IMG/VR virus record: IMGVR_UViG_3300023175_000005
Coordinates: 1 to 64,000 of that record
Direction: 5' to 3' (one strand)
Length of the DNA stretch: 64,000 nt
The notes under the pieces were generated by a model. It did not search any database. It saw only the letters and a list, made by a program, of their open reading frames with translations, and had not been told where the DNA came from. A program made the position numbers and the translations under genes. Position 1 is the stretch's first letter. Every line of letters starts with the position of its first letter. This document shows positions 14,878 through 24,005 of this stretch, piece after piece.

Positions 14878-16328
14878 GTGAAAACTTTTACTCCGTAGTG
14901 CTGTTCAAATTCTTGTGCATCTTCAATTGTATTAACAATAGGTTTGCCTTTGATGTTTAGGCTTGTGTTTAAAAGTATAGGACAGCCTGTTTCTTCATAC
15001 CAACGTTCTAGCAGTTTTCTAAAGCCCACGCTTTGATCTGCAGAAACTGTCTGAACCCTACTGGTGCCGTCCCCGTGGATGATTGCAGGTAGTCCAGTAT
15101 CCTTGCAAGTTGCAGTGTATTGCATAAAGGGTCCGACATGTCCGTCGAAATAGGTAGGCGCATGTTCCTCCAGTACTGCTGGTGCAAATGGTCTAAACTT
15201 CTGTCTTCGTTTGATTTCGTTAACTCTGTCTTTGATGTCTGTACCTCTTGGATCTGCGAGTAGACTTCTGTGTCCAAAGGCTCTAGGGCCAAACTCGGCC
15301 CTGCCATTAGCCACACCAACAATACCAGTAGTAAGTAATTCTTGTAGTGCTTTTTCAACAGGATATTCTCCTTCAATATTATACCCTGTGTACACATGCT
15401 TCAGGGGCATAAATTCTTTTTTGTGTGCAAGTACACACCCAACGCTAGACCCTGCATCACCTGGATTAGGCATTATCCATACGTTGTTAAAAAAGTCATG
15501 GGTAATGTGATTGGCTGAGCAATTTAATGCACACCCTCCCATTAATACAAGATTTTTGCTATCAACTAGGTTGCTGGCTACATCTAATACGCCTTTAAAT
15601 ATCTGCTCATATGCTTTCTGGGTAGCAGCAGCAATGTCAAACATGTCTTGTTCACTAGTAAGATCAGGACGCCACCATAGGCATCCTCTGTGTAAATTTT
15701 GTTTAAAACTTACAGGGTCACCTTTTAAATCAATAAAGTCTTCAACAATATCCTTTAACAATCGATTAGGGTCGCCATAAGCAGCCATACCCATAAGAAT
15801 ATATTCATCTTCTTGAGGCTTTAATCCTAGTCTTTGTGTGAGTGCCGAGTACCATAATCCAACGGAGTTAGGGTACGATCTAGAATAGACCTTTGTGAGT
15901 TTTGTTTCATTTGCTTCCCAGATTGTGAGTGTGTCAAATTCTCCAATACTGTCGATACTAACAACACAGGCTTCTGTAAAAGGACTAGTATAATAACCGG
16001 CAGCAGCATGGGAAAGATGATGATCAGTATACCTAATAGGAACAGATATCCCATAAGATCTAAGATAACGTTTAATATTGTTTTCCCTAAATTTGATCCC
16101 TTGCCCTGCTCGAAACTGTCTAAGAGTTTTGACAAGGGGTCTTTCATACCAAATAACTTCATCTGGTTCTCCCCAACGTTTTGCATACTCTATTAATTTA
16201 TCATTTAAATGCGCATCGTTTTTTACACCACTAAAGCGTTCGCTGTGGCTTGCAAACTCTAATCCGTCATCTGTAAATACTGCTAATGCAGCATCATGGC
16301 TGTTAGCACTTATACCCCATGTAATCAT
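14868..16328 (-). CDS. O-carbamoyltransferase (NodU/CmcH/TobZ family)
   Basis: HDAALA, HHLSHAA, EYILMGMAAYG, GGCALNC, EFGPRAFGHRS, LLNTSLN. Confidence 0.95.
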   Translation of the reverse strand: MITWGISANSHDAALAVFTDDGLEFASHSERFSGVKNDAHLNDKLIEYAKRWGEPDEVIWYERPLVKTLRQFRAGQGIKFRENNIKRYLRSYGISVPIRYTDHHLSHAAAGYYTSPFTEACVVSIDSIGEFDTLTIWEANETKLTKVYSRSYPNSVGLWYSALTQRLGLKPQEDEYILMGMAAYGDPNRLLKDIVEDFIDLKGDPVSFKQNLHRGCLWWRPDLTSEQDMFDIAAATQKAYEQIFKGVLDVASNLVDSKNLVLMGGCALNCSANHITHDFFNNVWIMPNPGDAGSSVGCVLAHKKEFMPLKHVYTGYNIEGEYPVEKALQELLTTGIVGVANGRAEFGPRAFGHRSLLADPRGTDIKDRVNEIKRRQKFRPFAPAVLEEHAPTYFDGHVGPFMQYTATCKDTGLPAIIHGDGTSRVQTVSADQSVGFRKLLERWYEETGCPILLNTSLNIKGKPIVNTIEDAQEFEQHYGVKVFTCD

Positions 16329-16630
16329 ACTTCTATATCTATAATTTGTCCTTGGACTTCTAATTCGCTGACTGTGCTTAGATCTCTGTTGTATCTAAGA
16401 GCAGCCTGTTGTCTAAGATCGGCAATTTCTTGCAATCGATCTTCTATTGCTTTTTGCCAAGCTAGTTTTACTTCTGTTCTGCTTGCTGCTTCAACTACAC
16501 GCCTACGATCTTTTTCTATAGGAGGTGTAATGTTTTCACTGTTTGCGTAAACATGTTGATGCCCGTATAGTTGTGCTTGTATTTGTTGTTGCACATCAAA
16601 GGGCATCCCATTGGTTGGTAATGCTTTCAT
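16325..16630 (-). CDS. Hypothetical protein
   Basis: AGGAG RBS gives ATG 16630. Confidence 0.7.
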   Translation of the reverse strand: MKALPTNGMPFDVQQQIQAQLYGHQHVYANSENITPPIEKDRRRVVEAASRTEVKLAWQKAIEDRLQEIADLRQQAALRYNRDLSTVSELEVQGQIIDIEV

Positions 16631-16631
16631 A

Positions 16632-16733
16632 TCAACTCCTGTCAATTGCCATCTGCATTAGTTTTTCTGGTAAACTGCATACCCAAATATATGGTACCCA
16701 AAATAGTATGTTATAGATTATTAGTTCTATCAT
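16632..16733 (-). CDS. Small hydrophobic peptide, 33 aa
   Basis: Translated by hand (MIELIIYNILFWVPY...); fills the gap in the operon. Confidence 0.45.
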   Translation of the reverse strand: MIELIIYNILFWVPYIWVCSLPEKLMQMAIDRS

Positions 16734-16884
16734 TGTGTACTTTCTCCCAATACTGTTCTGTGTCTAACTGTGGCATAGTCTTTTGTTTCTCTTCATATGC
16801 TATTCTGCGTTTACGTGCTTGGCGTATACCCCACCAAAAATATAGACGCCAAAACAATTTTGTACCCATTAACCATTTTTTCAT
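16711..16884 (-). CDS. Small protein, 57 aa (MKKWLMGTKLFW...)
   Basis: ATGA overlap with the upstream ORF; translated by hand. Confidence 0.55.
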   Translation of the reverse strand: MKKWLMGTKLFWRLYFWWGIRQARKRRIAYEEKQKTMPQLDTEQYWEKVHNDRTNNL

Positions 16885-17003
16885 TTGTAGATGAACGGAT
16901 CTCGTTTCTTCATCTCTGCAAGTTTCTTTTTGAACTCGCGTTCTTCTTTATACCATGTAATAGGCCAAATAATAAATGACCAAATCTTTTTTAAGTAAAC
17001 CAT
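16881..17003 (-). CDS. Small protein, 40 aa ending KKRDPFIYK
   Basis: Translated by hand; DPFIY-ending peptides commonly accompany carbamoyltransferase loci. Confidence 0.6.
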   Translation of the reverse strand: MVYLKKIWSFIIWPITWYKEEREFKKKLAEMKKRDPFIYK

Positions 17004-17986
17004 TTCTTTGCTTTCAATCTTATTTTTAAAGGACTGCTTTCGGCAGCAGAAGTAATACTGTATAGCGTATATAACCTACCGTACTTATCGACTGCATCTC
17101 CTATATCATTTATGTCCTGACTCCAGTCTGGCATACTCACAGACCATCCTAATTCTATTGCACGTTCGACAAGTTTGCTGCCTGCTTTATCTCTATCTGG
17201 AACAACATATATATCTTTTTGAAGTCTATTGAGAAGTAGTGCTTGTGCGTCATTTATATCACTTCCTCCTATAGCACAACCTTCTACGTGTAGTGCATCG
17301 ATCTGTCCTTCACATAATATACAGAATACTTTGTTAGGACCTTGTTCATCTAAATTAAACACATAACCAGGTTGCATGGTAGTTAGGTACTTACTTTTGC
17401 TTTCCCCTATTGCACGGGCTGTATATCCAACTACACGACCTTCGTAGTAGAAAGGTATAATAAGCCTATCACGGTAACCTAAACTAGGCGACCAATAATA
17501 TTCAATATCATCTACACGCAGATTACGTTCTAGCATATATTGAAATACACGCACCATGCGCTGATCTAACTGTCCTGCTTCGACCCACTGGTGCTCTGAT
17601 AGTTTAACGGCATCATCTGGCAACGAGACAGTTTTGAATGAAGGCATTTCGGCAATACGTGTTTTTGCTTCTACGCCTTCATTCTCTCGCATCACTTCAA
17701 GTGCTACCTTGTTGATTATATCGTCAGGTGTACCCATCCATTGTAGTAACTTACGCATCTTGTGTGAAAATGGTCGTCCTGGTTGCCATGAAGCTTTGTA
17801 ACCACAGTTAAAGCAATGATAACTTATACCGCCATCTGTGTTACTTATAAGGCCGCCTCGGCCTCTAGTATCTGCACTATGACCGTTATGATGACAACAA
17901 GACGCATTAAAGGATAGCCACCCGCTAGGCGTTGTTTTACGCTTTTGCGGCAAGAATGTCAGAACTGTATCAGCGACTATACTCAT
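16991..17986 (-). CDS. DNA primase (T4 gp61-like)
   Basis: Zn-binding YHCFNCG, TOPRIM CEGQIDA and PDRD. Confidence 0.92.
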   Translation of the reverse strand: MSIVADTVLTFLPQKRKTTPSGWLSFNASCCHHNGHSADTRGRGGLISNTDGGISYHCFNCGYKASWQPGRPFSHKMRKLLQWMGTPDDIINKVALEVMRENEGVEAKTRIAEMPSFKTVSLPDDAVKLSEHQWVEAGQLDQRMVRVFQYMLERNLRVDDIEYYWSPSLGYRDRLIIPFYYEGRVVGYTARAIGESKSKYLTTMQPGYVFNLDEQGPNKVFCILCEGQIDALHVEGCAIGGSDINDAQALLLNRLQKDIYVVPDRDKAGSKLVERAIELGWSVSMPDWSQDINDIGDAVDKYGRLYTLYSITSAAESSPLKIRLKAKKWFT

Positions 17987-18017
17987 ACAATTATAATAGC
18001 ATCAAGCTAGGTTAAAG

Positions 18018-18383
18018 TCAATGATTTAATTTAATACTGCCAATAGAACCATCTGTCCAACTGTTGACAGTTGCTCTTACCCATACATAATTACCTGTAA
18101 AGTTTTTGATAAAACTACCATCGCTTTCTGTTGTGTCAGTAGCAGTGCTTTCGTGTTCTGTTGTATCTAATGTAAACCAGTCGGCTGTGCTTGGATCTAC
18201 AGCAAGTGTTGCTTGCATAACGATTTTGCCAATAAAACCTGTAACAGTATATTGCACACTATGGAAGCCATCACTACGTCCATAGTATCCGTCACCTCTG
18301 TATTTGTCTCCAGTGACAGTTTCAGTTGTGCTATCGCCCGGATGCACTTGATTTGATAATATTGTTTCACTATTACTTGGCAT
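18018..18383 (-). CDS. Putative virion structural protein
   Basis: Late TAAATA box; Thr/Gly-rich beta-type; paralogous to the C-terminus of the next gene. Confidence 0.65.
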   Translation of the reverse strand: MPSNSETILSNQVHPGDSTTETVTGDKYRGDGYYGRSDGFHSVQYTVTGFIGKIVMQATLAVDPSTADWFTLDTTEHESTATDTTESDGSFIKNFTGNYVWVRATVNSWTDGSIGSIKLNH

Positions 18384-18395
18384 AATGTATTTACC

Positions 18396-19190
18396 TTAAT
18401 TACGTACTAAAATTTTAGATATACTTGTTGTAGGATTGCTAGTTGTCTTAAATCTAAGATAACTAAACACACCATTAAAGTTTGTTGGTACAGGTTCTGT
18501 TTCGCTACCTGTAAGTGTTATTGTAGATACAGTTGTCCAATTATTTGTACCTGTAATTTGATTATCGAGTGTTGCTTGTACTTCTACATCACCAGCATAT
18601 CCGTTGTTATATATTGCTACAGTATGTAATGCTTCGTTGCCATTTAAACCAGGGTGTGCTGTAATCTTATCTGCATCGTCATTACCTGCAAACCATTCGT
18701 CTGTAACTTCTTGCCAGTTAGTTACAGTAATACTATCTTTAGGACCAGGCATAGCATTGCCATCTAAATAAATTGTTCCAGCAGCACCAAAGTCTCTATC
18801 ATTATAAGTTACTGTTCTAGTTTGATTAGACTCTAGAATCCAAACAGTGTATGACAAGTACTGTTGATTTACATTTAGTGTATCTGCATCAGTAAATGTA
18901 AAAGTAAAGGTTCCTTTTGTACTTGCTGTTGTGCCGTCGTCTGTAACTGTTGCTGCACGTTCTATAATTTTTGTATTTTCTCTATCAAAAACTGAAACAT
19001 ATACTGACTTTCCAAATACGTTTACTGGTTTTTGATCTGCATTAAGCATACGGAATTGAACTGTATTGTCAACTCCTCTATAAATTTTTACTGTTCGTTG
19101 ATACACTGGTCTATACTCCACGTTAAACCCGGCATCGTTTGAGATGACTAAAATTTGATCATTTACTAAATATCTAGGTATAAGTTGCAT
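18396..19190 (-). CDS. Putative virion structural protein
   Basis: TAAATA box plus AGGA RBS; beta-rich. Confidence 0.65.
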   Translation of the reverse strand: MQLIPRYLVNDQILVISNDAGFNVEYRPVYQRTVKIYRGVDNTVQFRMLNADQKPVNVFGKSVYVSVFDRENTKIIERAATVTDDGTTASTKGTFTFTFTDADTLNVNQQYLSYTVWILESNQTRTVTYNDRDFGAAGTIYLDGNAMPGPKDSITVTNWQEVTDEWFAGNDDADKITAHPGLNGNEALHTVAIYNNGYAGDVEVQATLDNQITGTNNWTTVSTITLTGSETEPVPTNFNGVFSYLRFKTTSNPTTSISKILVRN

Positions 19191-19227
19191 TACCAGGTCC
19201 TTTACTAAGTATATTTATCGAGAGCAC

Positions 19228-19596
19228 ATGTTATTAAAAGAGATAGAAAAACAATTTCCATATATTAGCGTTGTAGCATACGGCGGAAAAGAGTATGTTG
19301 GTATAATCACGAATCAAGATCAAACTGTTACTACAATGTTTGTATATACTGATTTAAAAACAGATAACGATAAAAAACTGTTACTTGATTTAGGAGAAAT
19401 TTGGTGGTGGGAGTCAAATAGAATGTTACCAATTACAACATTCTTAAGAGAAGAAATTTCACCGTTAAAATATTCAATGATGACAATGAATACAAAAGAT
19501 GTAAAAGTTAGTGTCGGACCTTGTGTTAATGTAAACAATTTGACAATTAAAAGAGTCAAAAGAAAAAGTGTTCAATTAATTAAAAAAGTTACTTAA
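19228..19596 (+). CDS. Conserved hypothetical protein (LGEIWWWESNR)
   Basis: 122-aa ORF fills the gap between flanking genes. Confidence 0.75.
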   Translation: MLLKEIEKQFPYISVVAYGGKEYVGIITNQDQTVTTMFVYTDLKTDNDKKLLLDLGEIWWWESNRMLPITTFLREEISPLKYSMMTMNTKDVKVSVGPCVNVNNLTIKRVKRKSVQLIKKVT

Positions 19597-20150
19597 CTTA
19601 GTTGTTCACAAAATAAGTTCATGTGTACAACAACACTTACAGCATATGCAATAGCATGTGCCTTCTTAAAGTAGTAACTACCGTCAGTGGGTGCGATCCA
19701 CACATTTTCTAATATCGTTGGCCAAGTTTCGTTGACAAGATGGCGTTTGGCAGGCCGTATTATCGCTAGTACTGCTGCTAACTGCTCTATGCTCTGCGGC
19801 TTTGTTGTACGGAGTATATCGCCGTGTCCGGAGATATGAAAGATATTGTCTGTAAAATCGTCGTGCTGTAAAAGTTCCCATTGTGGTTCTCTTTCCATTA
19901 GTGTGTGTAAGTGTGTTTCATCTTTTACATCATTATAGATACTAACATTTAAAAAGTCTAGTTTAAAGTAGCCTCTATCTTCTGCTGTTTTGTAATCAAT
20001 AGTAGACAGATTATTCACAGGATTGTGTGGACACTCTGTAACGTATACACCTGTGTTGTGTTTTTTACCTGTATCTAATTTTGCCACACGGTGTTTAATT
20101 TGAGATAATAATACGTCTCGGTTTGCAAAGTCTATATCAATATCAGGCAT
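19593..20150 (-). CDS. Miniature DNA polymerase III alpha (DnaE) catalytic-core protein, 185 aa
   Basis: PDIDIDF, HNTGVY, FKLDFL, IIRPA, FKKAHAIAY; GGAG RBS gives ATG 20150. Confidence 0.85.
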   Translation of the reverse strand: MPDIDIDFANRDVLLSQIKHRVAKLDTGKKHNTGVYVTECPHNPVNNLSTIDYKTAEDRGYFKLDFLNVSIYNDVKDETHLHTLMEREPQWELLQHDDFTDNIFHISGHGDILRTTKPQSIEQLAAVLAIIRPAKRHLVNETWPTILENVWIAPTDGSYYFKKAHAIAYAVSVVVHMNLFCEQLS

Positions 20151-20361
20151 CTTCACGCTCCATTGCATATCTCCACATTTCACTTTCAGGAACACGATTC
20201 CAATGCTTTTCGTCCTCTTTAGGAGTAGCACCGATATACTGTTCACCTGTCTCTCTGTCAATCAATAACCACTTTGCTGGGGCTCTTGTTTTTACAACTA
20301 GTTCAACAGGTTCATCAAGTTCGTAAACTTGTACACCATCTTGTAATTTTCTAAAATTCAT
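20143..20361 (-). CDS. Hypothetical protein
   Basis: Coupled ORF. Confidence 0.75.
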   Translation of the reverse strand: MNFRKLQDGVQVYELDEPVELVVKTRAPAKWLLIDRETGEQYIGATPKEDEKHWNRVPESEMWRYAMEREDA

Positions 20362-21056
20362 AAACTACTTTCTTTAGCAACATCTTTTGCTAATTGTACA
20401 TCTTGTGGTTTACGCTTAAAACGCATTGCCCAGTGTTCTGGGTTTATAACATGATAGACCATTTCAAGTTGTTCGTCATTTAATTTACTTAGCATTTCCT
20501 TGCCACTATTACAATTCAATATTAGCCAAGGACTTATTTTACCGTCTTTTATTTGCCATACTGCTCTGTTTAAACTTACATGTTGAAAGTAATGATTCCA
20601 TGGTGCAGGTTCATTTTCGGCTGCCCATTCCATCATAGTTTTTACACTACGTTCTAGTGCTGTAATTGCATCTTCTTTGAGAATAAATTCTAATGCATAT
20701 TTTTCATACATTTCTTCTCTACACCAATGATCAAGTTTTACATTACTAGTAACAACATAATCAATATACTTGTCAGGGTATAAAGGTCGAACATTATTAA
20801 CAAAACTTCCAAACTTAACAAAAGCATTATAGAAACTGCTTTTGACAAAACCTTCATATGTTTTTTCTTTTCTATGCCCAGCACTTAGTTTGTAAAATCT
20901 TTGAAATGCATAAAATCCTAATTGCACACGTTTTTCATCTTTTTGCAACCATCTACGTTTAGGCTCGCACATATGAGCAAGTAAAGTTTTTTCTCTAGTA
21001 TAGCCTGTGTTACAGTACTCACAAACATATGGCTTAGGGTTTGTATTCGACGCCAT
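20358..21056 (-). CDS. Zn-finger hypothetical protein
   Basis: CEYC...HMC at the N-terminus. Confidence 0.7.
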   Translation of the reverse strand: MASNTNPKPYVCEYCNTGYTREKTLLAHMCEPKRRWLQKDEKRVQLGFYAFQRFYKLSAGHRKEKTYEGFVKSSFYNAFVKFGSFVNNVRPLYPDKYIDYVVTSNVKLDHWCREEMYEKYALEFILKEDAITALERSVKTMMEWAAENEPAPWNHYFQHVSLNRAVWQIKDGKISPWLILNCNSGKEMLSKLNDEQLEMVYHVINPEHWAMRFKRKPQDVQLAKDVAKESSL

Positions 21057-21501
21057 GTTCTTTAGCCAATTCTTTGAGTTCTTTTTTTGTAGATATTCTA
21101 GCAAGTAATTCTACCTCGTCCATCTTCATTTCAGGATATATTTGCGATAGCATTTTTACTGCCTTGCTACTATCATCCTTTTTCTTTTTCAATCCAATCC
21201 AAGGATGAAATTCTTTTTTTCCTGTTTTACCTGCGACACATAAAAGCTGCCATTGCAGTTTAATATGGTTAGTACCGCCTAGCACATTCCAATTTTTGTT
21301 ATAGTATTCATTAACTTTGAAAACTGCTAATGCTTGCTTTTCATAACTGCCTTTGACACTGCTTATATAACGATTAAGATTCCACAAGTCAAGTTTAATA
21401 TCTTTCTTACCATCGTCGCCGGCAGCATCATAAAGTTCTTTAATTCCCATATCAATAGCAGGAATTAACTCCTTAAATAAATCTAGTTCTTTGTTTGCCA
21501 A
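21034..21501 (-). CDS. Probable clamp loader small subunit (gp62-like)
   Basis: NRYIS...VNEY...LQWQLL...HPWI pattern, size, replication context. Confidence 0.55.
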   Translation of the reverse strand: MANKELDLFKELIPAIDMGIKELYDAAGDDGKKDIKLDLWNLNRYISSVKGSYEKQALAVFKVNEYYNKNWNVLGGTNHIKLQWQLLCVAGKTGKKEFHPWIGLKKKKDDSSKAVKMLSQIYPEMKMDEVELLARISTKKELKELAKEHGVEYKP

Positions 21502-22157
21502 AGTTCAACATCCTCAGGTGAGTTTATCTCTACACCATTAAATTGTACACTAGAACAATGGATTTGCCAACCATTTTTTAACCAACGTAATTGTTCAAGA
21601 CCCTCTAGTTCTTCTTCTATAGGAACATCTAATGTTGGATATTGTTCTAATGCTTCTCTTGTATATCCATATATTCCTATATGCCAATCGCCATATCCAG
21701 TTGTTCCTCTGCCAAACCATAATGCACGATCACCAGTTCTAATAAGTTTGACACTATTAGGATCGTTTTTCATTTCATCTGGCATTTCTGTATAAGCAGT
21801 TACTACATTATAATTTTCTAATTGTTGTTTTACAGATAATATTATATCCTCTGTAATATCGGGCATATCACCTTGTACATTTATAAAATGTGTGTAGTCT
21901 TTTAATTTTTCTTGTCTTAAAGATATACCGCATCTTTCAGTTCCATTCATTGCATCATCAGTGTAAATTACGTTAGCATAGGGAATTTGGTGTGCAACTT
22001 TTCTACTATCTGTTATAACATATGTATCAATACCTGTTGCAGTACACTTGTTGTAAACTCTATTTACTAGCGGCACACCATTTAACATTGCAAGTGGTTT
22101 GTTTGGAAATCGTGTGCTGCCTATTCTAGCGGGTATAAGAATAGCGTACGATGTCAT
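21483..22157 (-). CDS. kdsB: 3-deoxy-manno-octulosonate cytidylyltransferase
   Basis: IPARIGSTRFPNKPL, NGTER, NVQGD, HIGIYGY, LEQLRWL. Confidence 0.95.
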   Translation of the reverse strand: MTSYAILIPARIGSTRFPNKPLAMLNGVPLVNRVYNKCTATGIDTYVITDSRKVAHQIPYANVIYTDDAMNGTERCGISLRQEKLKDYTHFINVQGDMPDITEDIILSVKQQLENYNVVTAYTEMPDEMKNDPNSVKLIRTGDRALWFGRGTTGYGDWHIGIYGYTREALEQYPTLDVPIEEELEGLEQLRWLKNGWQIHCSSVQFNGVEINSPEDVELWQTKN

Positions 22158-22890
22158 ATACCACCTCCTCAAAATCATCTAGTCGAAGCATATTCGGACC
22201 GTCGCTTGGTGCGTTATCAGGCAGTTTGTGAACTTCGAGGAAGAAATTTGATATCCCGAGAGCAGCCCCGCTACGACTGAAGCCAGGCACAAGATCACGA
22301 TTGCCGCCACTGCTAGTACCCTGTCCTCCGGGTTTTTGGGCAGCGTGAGTACAATCCAACACGATAGGAACAGGAAGATTGTTGAGCATCCAATCAAGGC
22401 CGCTGTAATCAACAACAAGGGTGTTATATCCAAAACTTGTTCCTCTTTCTGTGATCCAAACTTCTTTTGCTTCCGCACACTTACTTAGTATTCCTTTGAC
22501 ATCCCAAGGCGCTAAAAACTGTCCTTTTTTAATATTTACAATGCAATCTGTTGCACATGCTGCTTGAATTAAATCTGTTTGACGACATAAGAATGCAGGA
22601 ATTTGTAAGACATCTACAATGTGTGTCAAGTATTGTATTTGATCTCTTTCATGTATATCTGTTACAATTTTTAGATTAGGAATTTCTTCTTTCATATCAA
22701 GAAAATCTCTAACTGTATCATGTAAGCCTCTGCCTCGCTTACCATCTACACTTGTGCGATTTGCTTTATCAAAACTGGCTTTGAAATAATAATCAATACC
22801 TAGTTTATTGCATACACGTTTACATTCTTTTGCAATTTCTAAACTTTGTTCTAGTGTTTCGTGCTGACACGGACCTGCAATTATTCTCAT
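22126..22890 (-). CDS. kdsA: KDO-8-phosphate synthase
   Basis: IAGPC, KASFDKANRTS, QIPAFLCRQTDL, KKGQF, ERGTSFGY, SDGP. Confidence 0.97.
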   Translation of the reverse strand: MRIIAGPCQHETLEQSLEIAKECKRVCNKLGIDYYFKASFDKANRTSVDGKRGRGLHDTVRDFLDMKEEIPNLKIVTDIHERDQIQYLTHIVDVLQIPAFLCRQTDLIQAACATDCIVNIKKGQFLAPWDVKGILSKCAEAKEVWITERGTSFGYNTLVVDYSGLDWMLNNLPVPIVLDCTHAAQKPGGQGTSSGGNRDLVPGFSRSGAALGISNFFLEVHKLPDNAPSDGPNMLRLDDFEEVVYDIVRYSYTR

Positions 22891-23159
22891 TTTGCATCCT
22901 TTATAATATAATACATTGTAACTGTTTTATCAAGTTGCTTCATCAAACTTTTATTTTGCATTGCTAATTCACATAATTCTTTCCAACTACCATAATCCAA
23001 CAACTCGCCTTGTGCTCGTGCAATTGCTCCAGGATCGCCACCAACAATCCATTTTGGATATTTGTTATATGGTGCATCTCGATACCTTGCCCATACAACT
23101 CCGTTAGTACGTTCGTATATTAGTGCAGCACCGGGAACAAGCTTATGTTGCTGAGCCAA
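22887..23159 (-). CDS. Hypothetical protein
   Basis: Coupled ORF. Confidence 0.7.
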   Translation of the reverse strand: MAQQHKLVPGAALIYERTNGVVWARYRDAPYNKYPKWIVGGDPGAIARAQGELLDYGSWKELCELAMQNKSLMKQLDKTVTMYYIIKDAK

Positions 23160-23487
23160 CAGTCTTCCTTACTATATCATTATGATTAAACTCTGCCCAG
23201 TATAGTTCAAATGCTACACCGTCTTCAAGTCCTTCAAACTGATGAATTACACCTGGCTTGACTTGCGTAAAGTCTCCTGGCCCAAGGATAGTTTCATCTA
23301 TTAGATCATAATCTTTTTGCCATACACGAACAAGCATTTTGCCTGACTCTACAAAGAAGCCATTCCATTTAAATCTATGTTCGTGCTCGCTACATTTGTA
23401 GCCACCTTTAAACTCAATACGGTGAAACTCTAACACACCGTTAGCGTGGATAAGTTCAGTTTGTCCCCAAATCTTTCCTGCTTTCAT
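23143..23487 (-). CDS. Cupin-domain protein (sugar isomerase-like)
   Basis: CSEHEH...VKPGVIHQF; AGGAG RBS gives ATG 23487. Confidence 0.8.
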   Translation of the reverse strand: MKAGKIWGQTELIHANGVLEFHRIEFKGGYKCSEHEHRFKWNGFFVESGKMLVRVWQKDYDLIDETILGPGDFTQVKPGVIHQFEGLEDGVAFELYWAEFNHNDIVRKTVGSAT

Positions 23488-23497
23488 TTTAGTCTCC

Positions 23498-24004
23498 TTA
23501 TAATAATTTTCCGTGATCAATAATTTCACTTTGTCTACTGATATCTTTAACAAAGAATGCACACAGGCTGTTTTCTTTTTCCTCGATAGGTACAGCAAGC
23601 AACTGACCTGATTTCATTTTAGGAAAAAACCATTTTACATCATTATAAAAGTTTACAGTTTCTATATGTAAAAATTGAGGCAAAGTGCCTGTAATAGGAT
23701 TGAAAACAAACGCTTCAAATCCTCTATCATTTAAACTTGTTAACGGTAACACTTCTAAGTCGCTACCTGCTTGATTACATCCTACAGCAATGCACCAATC
23801 TAAAGGCATTGTGACTTCGCTTTCGCCTATTTGTAAAACTATAGCAGGTGAATTAAAAGATTCTAAAAAAATCATAGGATTAAAAAAGAAGTCCGGATCT
23901 GCTGGATTGCTATTATCTAGCACTGCAAATCTAATAGCATCGTCTACAGTATTAGGCACATTATTCATATCAAAGGTTGTATTGTCTAGTGTAAGTATTC
24001 TCAT
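23498..24004 (-). CDS. Conserved hypothetical protein
   Basis: 168-aa ORF next to UvsW. Confidence 0.75.
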   Translation of the reverse strand: MRILTLDNTTFDMNNVPNTVDDAIRFAVLDNSNPADPDFFFNPMIFLESFNSPAIVLQIGESEVTMPLDWCIAVGCNQAGSDLEVLPLTSLNDRGFEAFVFNPITGTLPQFLHIETVNFYNDVKWFFPKMKSGQLLAVPIEEKENSLCAFFVKDISRQSEIIDHGKLL

Positions 24005-24005
24005 T

